Assembly (NCBI RefSeq): GCF_963921235.1
Contig: NC_086107.1
Coordinates: 106,394,001 to 106,458,000, forward strand
DNA: 64,000 nucleotides
Direction: 5' to 3'
From: Mobula hypostoma
Taxonomy: Eukaryota
In this document: piece after piece, positions 1 to 12,283 of the stretch
Position numbering within the stretch: the first letter of the stretch is position 1
How the letters are laid out: every line of letters begins with the position of its first letter
Translations under genes and position numbers: made by a program
Notes under the pieces: model-generated
Databases searched by the model: none
The model's input: only the letters and a program-made list of their open reading frames with translations
What the model was told of the DNA's origin: nothing

Positions 1-195
1 TTGTCACACGTACATCGAAACACACAGTAAACTGCGTTGTTTGTGCAAATTAAACCTGCAAGGATTGTGCTGGGCAGCCACCATGAATGGTTTAAGGATA
101 AGGATTAGCTTTTAGTTGTCACACGTACATCGAAACACACAGTAAACTGCGTTGTTTGTGCAAATTAAACCTGCAAGGATTGTGCTGGGCAGCCC
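1..195. repeat. Direct tandem duplication (period 115 bp) in a SINE tail
   Basis: 1-79 is identical to 116-194 (ttgtcacacg...gctgggcagcc). Confidence 0.9.
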
Positions 196-529
196 CGCTT
201 CCAGTGCCAACACACCATGCCCACAACTCACTGACCCTAACTGCACGTCTTTGGAAAGTGGGAGGAACCCACGTGGTCACAGGGAGAACGTACAAACTCC
301 TTACAGACAGCAGTGGGGATGGGGTTTCAACATTACATCTGGTGCTGGGAAGTGTTGCACGTACCACTACATTACTGTACCACCCAGGGCCCAGAGGTGA
401 GACACGGAAACTCATCAGCACTCCTGATCGAGGTCAGGGCAGACTCACCTTCCTCCTTCAACGTTTTCTTAATGCCAGAATGAAGGGCATGAAGAGGCCA
501 AAATTCCTGACTTGTGTATGTAAATAGTT

Positions 530-945
530 GTGATATACCAGTTATCACTGTCTGCTATGGGGGGCACTGCACAGGATCAAAGTAAGCTGCAGAGAGTTGT
601 AAACTCAGTCAGCTCCATCATGGGCACCAGCCTCCGTAGCATCCAGGACATCTTCAAGGAGCTGTGCCTCAGGAAGACAGCGTCCATCGTTAAGGACCCC
701 CACCACCCGGGCCATGCTTGTTCTCATTACTACCATCAGGGAGGAGGTACAGGAGCCTGAAGACACACACTCAGTGATTCAGGAACAGCTCCTTCCCCTC
801 TGCCATCTGATTTCTGAATGAGCATTGAACCCATGAACATTAATTCACTACTTCTTAAAAAAAAAAATTTCCCCTCAGTTATTAAGCATTGCACTGCTGC
901 TGCAAGCTAACAAATTTCATGATATTAAACCTGATTCAGATTCTG
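530..945 (+). mobile_element. Rex1-type LINE 3' fragment (many others: ~7660-8190, 12470-12890, 14050-14450, 17160-17580, 30690-31165, 32500-33560)
   Basis: LQRVVNSVSSIMGTSL..KDPHHPGH..SGRRYRSL..FRNSFFP consensus and AAACCTGATTCTG tail. Confidence 0.8.
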
Positions 946-1335
946 GAGTGTACGAACTTGTTAAATACAATCCAGTGAACAAAAATAATTTGAACCAGTG
1001 CTGATGCCTCAGTATCTTGCAACCAGAGTGCCGCCCCCACCCCGCCTCCTACTCCCAGTGGGGGATGTCACATCTATTTTGTCTGCTTTGCTTGCAGGGA
1101 ATTTTCCCAATTAACGCATCTTGTTCCACATCCGGGTCTCCGGTGCTGCGAAGCAGTAAGCTTACTATTTGTGCCATTGTGTCAAGGAGATGGCGGCAAT
1201 GCTCAGTTGGCTAAATCCCTCTAAATGTAAACACCCCCGCCACGTTCCCTCAGCAAAACAGTAATCACAGGGTCTGGACTATATACATATATGTTTTCCA
1301 TGACTGTTTTACTGATATCCTACCTGTGCTTACTA

Positions 1336-1884
1336 CAGACATCCCACCCTGCAAAAACTCATTTCAGGGAGGTAGCACCATCAATTTGGGGGAGACTCCC
1401 GGAACTTCCGGGAGAGGTGGGATGTCTGCAACAGAGTAGCTCCTTAGCAGCCAGCCAGCTAGTTTAACTAACATTAGCTATGCTAATGAACGAATGACAC
1501 CTGTTAAACTCACCTCAACATGTCTTTTACAGTCTAACCCACCATGGGCAATAGAAGAGTCACTGTTGCAAACAGTGCAGCGAGCAACACTGTCATTATT
1601 TTTGACCCCTATTAGGCAGGGGTACACTTTAGTGTAGTCTGGGGTGACGTACGTTTTATATTTTCTTTTTCTGGAACACTCTGCCATGGCGTGCTCTCGC
1701 TCTCTCTCTCTCGCGTGCTCTCTCTCTCTCTCTCTCGTGGTCGCTCTCACGCTCTCTCTTGCTTTCTCTCGCTCGCTCTCAAAAAAATTGATTTCCGTGA
1801 TATTGTATATAATTTGTGGGCATCAGGGAGCCACTATTAATATGCGGGAGACTCCTGGAACTTCCGGGAGAGGTGGGATGTCTG
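1336..1884 (-). mobile_element. Non-autonomous hAT-like DNA transposon retaining a BED-type zinc-finger fragment
   Basis: TIRs CAGACATCCCACC / GGTGGGATGTCTG with flanking direct repeat ttacta. Minus-strand ORF ..ARCTVCNSDSSIAHGGLDCKRH.. Terminal segment duplicated internally at 1391-1428. Confidence 0.75.
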
Positions 1885-2851
1885 TTACTATCTTGTATGT
1901 GTGAGAGCTAGGCCTCAAACCATGGTGTTGCCTGTTTACAGTGCCGGGAGAAAGGTGTCAGAGCCAGTGTGCTCCACCAGAGGCAGTGTGGCGCAGTGTC
2001 TAGGCTGGAGTTGATGCTGCCTCCCCCCGGCCCCCCCAGTGTTCGCTCCGCAGAAGACAAGCTCTGTTGTTGTCTGCAAATTTGGGCGGTGTTGGATGGC
2101 TTCAGTCTGGACTTCTTTATTGAGTGGCTGTACCTTTCTATCTTACACGTGTTATGTGTGCCTTGTGCTGTGTATGACTGCTGGTTCTGTGTTTTGTACC
2201 TTGACCCCTAAACTTGAACTGAATATACACCCAGTGGCCGCGTTATCAGGTACAGGAGTGGAAACCGGAGTGCTCTTCTGCCACTGCAGCTCATCCTCTG
2301 CAAGGTTCGACGTGTTGTGCGTTCAGAGATGCCTCTTGCACACCACGTTGTAACGTGTGGTTATTTGAGTTGCCGTTGCTTTCCTGTCAGCTTGAAACAG
2401 TCTACCCATTCTCCTCTGACCTCTCTCATTAACAAAGTGTTTTCGCCCACAGAACTGTTGCTCACTGGACGGTTTTTTTTTTGCACCCTTCTCAGTAAAT
2501 TCTAGAGACTGTTATGTGTGAAAATCCCAAAAGATCAGCTGTTTCTGAGTTGCTTAAACCACCTCATCTGGCACCAACAGTCATTCCACGATCAAAGTCA
2601 CTTAATCACATTTCTCCTCCGTTCTGATGTTTGGTCTGAACAATAGCTGAACCTGTTAACCATGTCTACATGCTTTTATGCACTGAGTTGTTGCCACATG
2701 GTTGGCCGATTGCACCTATTAAAGTGACCGCTCAATGACGTCACCTTTAAGACTAGGCCAGACCCAAGTGACACGGAGATTACTGTATGTTTAACATATC
2801 TTCATTCTCTGGCAAAAGCAGTCATTCACTGCACTGCCCGTGACCACTCAC

Positions 2852-3046
2852 CTGAGCTCGTCCTCATTGCCAATCTGGTCCGGCAACTTCAGCTTCGAGT
2901 CGAGGTTGTAGTAGATTCCTGCGACTTCGCGTACGCCAATCCAGTGCTGCCGCTTGAGAGGAAGTTTCACGGGACCCCAACACAAACTGGAGGGGATGTT
3001 CATGATAAAGCCCATCACATTTGACAGGGCGATTGTATTAACATCT
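2852..3046 (-). CDS. JOSD1: JOSD1 third coding exon (195 nt); final exon lies beyond position 1
   Basis: Polypyrimidine tract plus cag|A GAT GTT. Translates [64 protein letters not shown](R), with catalytic His (RQHW) and Asp (NLDS). Donor AG|GTGAGT. Confidence 0.97.
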
Positions 3047-6000
3047 CTGAGGAACAAAAAAAGAAAGGAAATATTTCAGAAGGCAAAGGGACACAATTAA
3101 GAGCAGCTCTAGAAACTCCAAGCGCTTTGGGATGCTTGACCAGGTCTTAAGATGGTTTCTTTTACTAATATTTTGCCTGTGACATTTTCAAAGAGTAGGT
3201 GGTTTCCTGTAACTTGGGGTTGAGAACTAGTAAAAAAAAGTAACAGGAAAGTAGTGTCAAAAGAGAGACATTGCAGAGTTTTGAAAGGACCTTTTGGTTA
3301 CAGAAACATACACTAACAGAGAGCTGTAGTCATCTTCAGCAACGTACATTTATAAGGAACACTGATAGGTTAATGTGCAAAATTACAATCTGTTGTGCTT
3401 GAAAACTACCGCGATCAGAAGGTTCATTTCCCACTCATAAGGTCATAAGATATAGGATCAGAAGTAGGTCATTTGGCCCATCGAGTCTGATCCATTTTTC
3501 CTCTCTGCCCCAATCTCCTGGCTCCTCCTGCATCCATTCGTACCTTGACCAATCAAGAATCTATCGACCTCTACCTTAAATATACCCAATGACTTGGCCT
3601 CCACAGCCGCCTGTGGCAACAAATTCCACATATTCAACCACTCTCTGGCTAAAGAAATTCTCCCTCATCTCTGTTCTATTTTGAGGTTATATCCTCTGGA
3701 CTCACCCACCATAGGAAACATTCTCTCCACATCCACTCTATAGGCTTCAATTAAGTCACCCGTCATTTTTATGAATTCTAGTGAATACAGGCCCAGGGCT
3801 ATCAAATGCTCTTCATATGACAAACCATTCCGATCCTAAAATCATTTTTTGTGAACCGCCTTTGAACCCTCTCTGGTGTCAGCACATCCTGTTCACAATA
3901 CTCAGAAGAGGCCTCACCAGTGCCTTATAAAGCCTCAACATTAGAGTTTACAGATTTTAACTAGTAGGATAGTCAGAACTTAACTGTCAACTTTTAGGAG
4001 AGGAAACAGGTTATTTCCATATGTCATAGCTTTGTCTGAAAAAAGATCTTCATGTGGGTTCCCAGAACAGAGATTAATGATGCGTCATGTTTGCTCTGAT
4101 GAAAGTTGCAAGTTTTTGAGCTTTGTGAGTAAGTAAAACTAATAACATATGACTTCATTGCTGTGTGCTGATGTGAACTGGAGACTCCATGCACCTATGA
4201 AGCCAGGAAGGAACACAATGGGATACAGGCAGAGGGTCAGTACTGAGCCAGAAAGGCGGAGACCCTGAGAATCACGGCATAATAAACCCTACTGACAACT
4301 GCAGAACTGGCATAACTCTGGACTGCAGCAGCAATCCTTTCCTCTGGAGTCATTGTCATTATTATTACGTGCTGTGTCATACGACGCGGGCGATCACGGT
4401 CTTCCCATGACCATGATTGTTCTTGGCAAATTTTTCAGCAGAAAGTGGTTTGTCATTGCCTTCTTCTGGGCAGTGCCTTTACAAGACGGGTGACTCCAGC
4501 CATGACCAAGATCTCCATCCCTTCACAGACATCCCCTCTGCAACTTAAAGACTTTTTTTTTTCCCCTCACTGTTCCATTTCTGTTAAGTAGAAACTTTAA
4601 CAGTATCTCCGGCTTTTTTTTAAATTTCAGATCTTCACCATCTTTGCTTTTCAGTTACCAGTCCTCAGGCTCAGACCAGCTTCAGTTTCGACAAAGTTCA
4701 GTTTTAATTTTACATTTCAGTACAGGGATTGCGTCAGACTAGCTAACATCCGATGAGAATTACTCTCACTGTCACCTCGAGATAATGGATTGGCCACATA
4801 GGAGCAAGACGAGGAGAAATCTCTTCATGCAGATTTATTTATTTATTTTTAAAGAGTTGTCTAGCTTGGGGGGGCGGGGGTCATTCATTATATTTAAAGC
4901 TGAGATTGATACAGCTCGGGGCACAGAATGGATGAGGAAATAAGGCTTGAGCTACAGAAATGGAAGAGCAAGTTTCTGGGAAGTATGAAAAGCATTATGC
5001 TCATATAGTCTAGTGTGCAGCAACTGGGAAGACATTAGCAGTGAATCAGTGGCTTCAGGGTTATAGATAAGGAAACAGGTTCACTACCCAGCCTCCAACA
5101 AATTACAAAGGCTGCTTAGAAGCTGGAGGCTATCTGCCCTGATGAATCATCAATAAATTAACGCAAACCAACTTTCAAAGCTCAAATGTAGGTTCTCAGA
5201 ACTCTGACGCAGAGCTAACATGCTGAGCACATTACATGCGCTTGCATCATTTCCAGATGAGCCCCACAGTGACAGTGATGCTGCTGATGACTTTTATCTT
5301 AACAAGGGCACAAGGAGCCTTCGGTAAAACGATTCACATCAGCTACTGGTCCGCACCAGAGCTGGAATTTATAAAGGCGGATATTTTGTCAGGCATAAAG
5401 CCATTCTGCAGAGAAAAAGGCAGAGGGTTCATCCCCGCTTTCACAAACACCACACAAACACTCAATATTGCAGCACTTTCACTGTGCAGTTTAACACAGT
5501 GACTCACTGTTTTTGCAAACAAATCCAGTTGTGTTTTTTTGTGTTTGTGTGTGTAGGGAGATTTTACATTCCACTCCCACCAGGGAAGAGGCTATGTACG
5601 CAGCATCCACGTCAGGACCACTAGACTTAAAAATCAGTGACATCCCCCAAGTCGGCAGGCTGATCAACACCTCCATCCATAATCAACTCCACCACCACTA
5701 CATACACATCACCTAGTGTCACTTTATGTACATACAGTCTATGCATAAAAGGGTTACTCATACGTTGTGTTTTATTCGATTGCTTTTGTATTTACTTTCG
5801 TTTGATTTTATCGTGTTCTTTATGCTTAGTGTTTTTTTTAAATACTGCGTCGAATCTGGGGATTACAAACATTTTGTTCTCCATTAAACTCATGTACTGA
5901 GGAATTACAATAAACATTCTTGAATATTGGTCTTGAATTGTGATACCAGAATCAGGTTTAATATCACCAGCATATGTTGTGAAACTTGCTACCTTAGCAG

Positions 6001-6702
6001 CAGCAGTACAATGGTAAACGTAGGAAAAAAATAATAGTAATATATATGTAGATTAAATAGTTACATTAAAAATAGTGGTGCAAAAACAGAAAGAAAAATC
6101 TACTTCTGGGGCGCCTTCAAGGGTGAATTTGAAGTGGCGCAGCTCGATGGACACGATTAAATTTTCCCGTTTTAGCCTGCTACAGCTGAGAACCACAACT
6201 GATATCACTTTCTCAATACCATAGCAAAATTAAAGAAATTACTTCAGGTGATCTGGACAAGTTCAGTAGCAATCCGTTGCGTCATTATCGTCAGTTTAAA
6301 AAGAAGCACGTGCCGCCAAATGGTGACCTGTCGTATTTCCCTGTGAGACTACTGAAAGCAATTAGACCCATGATGAGCGATGATATTTGCTTCTTGTATC
6401 GAATCCCATTTGTTTCATGCATCTGTTCTATTTATACACTGCACTACCAGGATCAGATAAATCACAGGTACTTAAATTACCAGCTTGTCCAAGCCAGAAC
6501 AGAAATTGCCCAGGAATTCCTCGTCAACCACTGATGTAAACATCTGGTCTTGCCGTCATGTTCCGATTTCTAAGTGGACATTGAACCCATGAGCACTACT
6601 CTCTACTTCTTTTATTTCTGTGTTTTTGCACTACTTATTTTAATAACTACTTAATATACATATATATACTGAATGTATTTCAGTCTTTTTCTATATTTAT
6701 CA

Positions 6703-7320
6703 TTAGATTATGAAGACACACAGTCCTCTTTTATTGTCATTTAGTAATGCATGCATTAAGAAATGATACAATATTTCCTCCGGTGTGATATCACAAAACA
6801 CAGGACAGACCAAGACTGAAAAAACTGACAAAACCACATAATTATAACGTATAGTTACAACGGTGCAACAATACCATAACTTGATGAAGTCCATGAGCAC
6901 AGTAAAAGTTCAAAGGCTCTCAAATGTCCCACATCTCACGCAGACGGGAGAAGGAAGAAAAACTCTCCCTGCCATGCCGACCACAGTCTGACTCTGAGTC
7001 ATCCGAAAACTTCGAGCTCTGATCAGCTCTCCGACACCGAGTACTGAGCGCCATCTCTGTCCAAATAATTCGACCTCAATCTCGGTCGCCACAGCAGGCA
7101 AAGCCGGGGATTGTGAGGCCTACCCTCTGAAAGACTCCCGACCACGCAGTAATGACAGCAGCGAACGAGCGTTTCAGAAATTCCTCCAGATGTTCCTCTG
7201 TGCTTTCACATCCGTCTCCATCAAATCAGAATTGTCCATGGCCCCTATTTAATGGATATGATATCATTTTTCACTGGAGGGCTGCGCACGCGCAGTGTGC
7301 TGCTCTCTCTCCTCCCGCCA
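6703..7320 (-). mobile_element. Non-coding LINE-dependent element with (TAATC)n tail (related copy 13050-13637 +)
   Basis: Two homologous copies sharing the internal segment and the 3' AAATGACAATAAA..ATAATCTAAT end. Confidence 0.65.
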
Positions 7321-10267
7321 TTTGAAATTTGAAATTAACAAATTTCACAACATATGTCGGTGATATTAAACCTGATTCTGATATTTTATCCTTCACAATC
7401 CTGTACCACACTGCAACTTAGAGAAATACTCTGATAATGTTGGAGAAATTTTGAACAATCAGGTAGTTCTGCTGTAATGCATATCAGTTTAAATATGATT
7501 GATGGATTAGGAAACACTAAATGTGTTATGTGTTCTGCACTGATTATAGCAAGAGTGGGAAAACCTATTTAAACTTCTGTTTTTAAAACAACTATAGCCT
7601 GTTTTGCTAACAACAAGACTTGCTGCAATATTAGGTTCTTAAGAACATAACCACTGCATCGTAATGGGTTTGAACGGAAAATCCTACAAAAGGTAGTGGA
7701 TCCAGTACATCATTGGTAAAGCCCTCCCAATTACTGAACACATCTACATGAAATGCTGTCGTAGGAAAGCAGCATCCATTATCAGGAATCCCCACTACCC
7801 AGGCCAGGCTCATTTCTTGCCTCTGCCATCAGATAGAAGATACAAGAGCCTCAGGACCCCCACCACCAGGTTCAAGAACAGTTACAACCCCTCAATCATC
7901 AGGATCTTGAATAGAAGGGGATAATTACACTCACTTGCCCCATCATTGAGATGCTCCCACAACCAATGATCTCACTTTAAGGACTCTTTATCTCATACTC
8001 TCGTTATTTATTGCTACTTATTTATTTTTGCATTTGCACAGTTTCTTGCCTTCTGCACTCTGGTTGATCTTTCATTGATCCTGTTATAGTTATTGTATAG
8101 ATTTGCTGAGTATGCCCACAGGAAAATGAATCTCAGGGTTGTAAATGGTGACATATATGTACTTTCATAATAACATTTACTTTGAAATTTAGTAAAATTT
8201 CTTGTACATGAATATTCCAACTAGGAGCAGTAGACCAATCAGTTTCTCTAGATGCCCAGACATTTAATTACATTATGATCGATCTGATGGCAATCTGAGT
8301 TATTCATTCCTGTCCATCTCCATAACCATTCACACTTTGCTTATCAGGAAACTATCTACCTCTGTTTTCAAATTATTCAGAGGCACAGCTTCCTCCGCAC
8401 TATGAGGAAGAGTATTCCAAACTCACAACTCTGAGGAAGAGGAAGGAGGCAACCCCCTAAATTTACATAGTAGCCCCGGTTTTGGATTCTCTCACAAGAG
8501 GAAACATCCTCCCCACATCCACTTTACTAAGGCCTCTCAGGATCTTGTCTGCTTCAGACAAGTCTTCCCTCACTCTTTTGAACTACAGTAGATACAAGTC
8601 TATTGTTTGCTCCCTTTGAGATAAGATAACCTTCCTATTCCAGATATTAGTCCAGTGGGCCTTCCCGGAACTGCTTCCCATGCATTCACAGATAGATCAA
8701 TGCCATACTCCGTGTGTTCTCCCAAACGCTCTTTATATCTTAACCTCCTGGCTTTGTATTCAACTCCTTCACAATAAATGATTGCATTTCATTAACATTT
8801 CTGATTACTAACTGTACTTGCACACTCGTCTTTTGTAAATCATAATCCTAGACTTGCAAAACTCTTTGCATCTCAGAACTCTGCAATCTCTTAACATTTT
8901 AGATAATATTCTTACTTCCCGCAAATGCTCACATACTCTAACATTTGCTAGATCTGAAAACATTCCCTTAAAATATATGAATATCTTTGAAGCCTCCTTA
9001 GGCTGTGAATATTTGTTTTCTTTATCTTTGTACGTGGCTCATTTATTTTCCTCTCAATCTCTTGCCTTCTCTCTTTTTAAACCTATACACTCTTGATACC
9101 CAACTCTGGGAAAAAGACTGAGTGAGTTCACCCCATCTATACCCCTAACAGGTGTGGCACATGGAGAGGCACATGAATATGCAGGAATAGAGGGAAATTG
9201 ATCAAGTGCAGGCAGATAGGTTTAGTTTAATTTGGCACGGTAGGCCAAAGGGCCTGCTTCTGTATTGTTCTGTCTTATCTTCTATTTCATTACAGCTAGA
9301 TTTGGGAACAGCTTCTTTCCAACTGTGATAAGACTGCTGAACGGATCCTGACCCGGATCTGGGCTGTACCCTCCAAATATCCAGACCTGCCTCTCGGCTC
9401 TTTTGCACTACCTTACTTTCCATTTTTCTATTTTCTATTTATGATTTATAATTTAAATTTTTAATATTTTACTATTGATTCATAATCCAGGGAGCGGGAA
9501 GCGCAGAATCAAATATCGCTGTGATGATTGTACGTTCTAGTACCAATTGTTTGGCGACAATAAAGTATAAGGTATTAGCCACTTCAGGAGCTGGGGCACA
9601 TTAGCCTGCAGCTACAACAATTTGCTCAGTACTACATTCCAGGTGATCGTAATTGTCCTGAGCTCCTTTCTCCTTTCCAATTCCCAATTTATTGCTGTTC
9701 CTGGGATTCTAATTGTATTCCGTAGTAAAGATTAACGTGAAATCCTATTTTTATGATATTCTTATTTTGAGGTACAGCACGGTAACGGGCTTTTCCAATC
9801 CAGTGAGTCTGCACTGCCCAATTACACCCATGTGACCAATTAAACTACTAAGCCTTACGTCTTTGGAATGTGAGAAGAAACCCATGCAGTCAGGGGAAAA
9901 TGCACAAACTCCTAACGCACAGTGACAGAATTGAACGCGGGGTTATCTGCCATCTCCTTATTGGACTGTGGTGGGGTTGGGGGGGTACGGCAGCACAGTG
10001 GTTAGCACAATGCTTTACAGCGCCAACAACGCGGGTTCATTCCCGCTGCTGCCTGAAAGCAGGTTGTACGTTCTCCCCGTGACTGCGTGGGTTTCCTGGT
10101 ACTCAAGTTTCTGCACACGATCCAAAGACGCACAGTACAGGTTCCGGTTTGTGATTGCGAGCATGCTATGTTGGTGCTGGCAGCACGGCAACACTCGCAG
10201 GCTGCCCAGCACTATCCCCACTGAGTTGATGCTATCGATGAATCTCACTGTATGTTTCAACGTACAG

Positions 10268-10961
10268 TACACACAAGGGGTTTCTTCTTTTATGTTACTG
10301 CGTAGGCTAATTAAAATGGCTTCTTTGTTATGTTAACTGCTGAGAAAGTTCCCCTGCTAGCAGCTTGTTTGGGTTAGGTTATTGATAAGAGAGTAAACAA
10401 ACCAATTGGGATAGATGTTATTCTTTCTAGTGTGTCTGTTAGTTATTGTGATGCGTGGGTTTTTGGGCAGAAGGCGCGACGGAGAGAGAGAGGATGGACA
10501 AGGTGCTGTGAGCCGGTTAACAGGGTCAGACGCCGAGCAGGAGTCCGAGGTCCAGGGTCTTCGGCGAGGAGAGGAGATGAAGACAGACTTGTGTGGAGCG
10601 TCTGGTCGACCACCGTGGTTGGTCCCAGGCGGCAGGTCGAGGTGGTCAGAGGGGATAGAATGGTGAAGAGAGGATCGTTACTAGAGCTCCAACTATTTGT
10701 GCATGAAGAGATTGAACTTTGATAAGTGTGGCGTCTTTTATTTTCCTTTTATACTTTATCTCTATTAATTATATAGTTCCAGTAATATCTATAAATTGTA
10801 ATTCATTTAATCGTACATGGTGTATTGTCTGTTACTTGGCAGGGTGGGGTACATCACACAGCATCCACACAAACTTAATTACCCAGTCTGGCAGGGCCGA
10901 GGGTTGTTTCCCTAGACAACAGCGAGTTGAGTGACACTGAGGCTTGCTGACGGGGGCTACA
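10268..10961 (+). mobile_element. Probable solo LTR inserted in a SINE tail
   Basis: Non-coding ~690 bp segment ending GGGGGCTACA that interrupts SINE 3' sequence; 5' TG terminus unclear. Confidence 0.5.
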
Positions 10962-11099
10962 TAATACATATATACACACATGTATACACATACATACACA
11001 CACACACTTTTAACTCTCAGTCCTTTGCTGACTCCAACTTACCAGATGACACAATGGAGGCAATATTTAGCTCTGTTAAAAAATGAATCTTGAAAAAGA

Positions 11100-11500
11100 G
11101 TACACCCTATTCCTGTGAGGCCTCCACTGGTCGGGGTCAACCATGGATGTTACATCTCAGCTACCTACGTACTATATGTGCAAGCTCGTATGCAAGCCAG
11201 GGCAGTAAAATATGGGGAGCAAACTGTTGCCCATGTGGCAGGCTCCCTCTCTCCACACAGCTGATGAACCCACAGGAACGGCAGAGACCGATACAGTTTG
11301 GCACCAGTGGCGTTGCAGGAGTTGCCAGTCAGAGTTGAACTCAACGGAGGGCTGCCTAAGGGATTCCAGCCCCAGACTTTTCCCCCTCAGGGTTTACTCC
11401 CAATTGCTTCCCCTTGAGAGGGTACAGTCGCAAGGCAGCAGAGGTTTGAGATCAGAGTTTTCCTTCTCCTAGGTGAGATGCCAACCACAGCTGACGAATC
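11100..11500 (-). mobile_element. RTE-type non-autonomous element
   Basis: Minus strand CTAGGAGAAGGAAAACTCTGATCTCAAACC, typical of RTE 5'UTRs. Confidence 0.55.
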
Positions 11501-12154
11501 CTACCAACCTTTTCCTATATACTGTAATACAACAAGTATTTCAGTAGTGAGGAGTGATGCCACACTGATGACTTGGAGATTAAAATTGGTTCCAATTTTG
11601 AGAAAGAATGAAATACGTATGAATGATATTTTTCACATCTTTGGGATGTCTTAAAGCACTTTAACAAACAGAAAATTAGTTTAAAAAAATCCATTATCAT
11701 TACACACAGCACAGTCCCACAATAGGTAAGGACATAAATGGTAGATAAGTAATCTTCATGACATCAGTGGGAACTAAACATGTCAAAACAACTGACCAAC
11801 GACTAGCTTGTTGGTTATAAGAATAGGAGTGGGAGTAGGGGTTATACAGATATAATCAAGAAGATCATTACTAACCTTCTGCTTTAACTCCATTTGTTGT
11901 CTGACACCCTCAATACCCTTGGTGCGCAAGTAAATTATCAAACTCACAGTAGATTACATTTTGAATAAAATTTCCGGCATAGTTTTCCTACAATTCGCAG
12001 CCTTTAACAAAGAAAATTTTCCTTAACTGAACTAGGGTTGGTTTATCTAAGAGACTACACCCGCTGGTTGAGGACTGCCCTGAGGTGCAAACTCGAATTA
12101 TGTGCTCAAACCCTGGAGTGAAGCCGTGACACAAGATCTTCCCATCGACCCTAC

Positions 12155-12283
12155 CTTCGTTTGTCCCACCAAACTGCTTCGTAACCTTTCGTTTGAAGAG
12201 CAGCCATGATCACATTGACATCGTAGTTTCCTGTTCCCAGCATGCTTTTCTTGTGCGGCGTTACCATGGTATTTGGAGACAAC
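12155..12283 (-). CDS. JOSD1: JOSD1 second coding exon (129 nt)
   Basis: Not in the ORF track in this frame. Minus strand gtggcag|G TTG TCT CCA... translates (R)[42 protein letters not shown](R) and ends AG|GTAGGG. Phases 2/2 fit the flanking exons. Confidence 0.97.

Noticed and set aside
1..2850. Search for the JOSD1 last coding exon (KFL..CELLLVV..)
   Set aside because: No matching minus-strand sequence found; presumed outside the window.
6100..6340. CpG-containing intronic patch with small hairpin, E-box and weak CTCF-like motif
   Set aside because: Motif matches are short or have several mismatches; not distinguishable from chance without conservation data.
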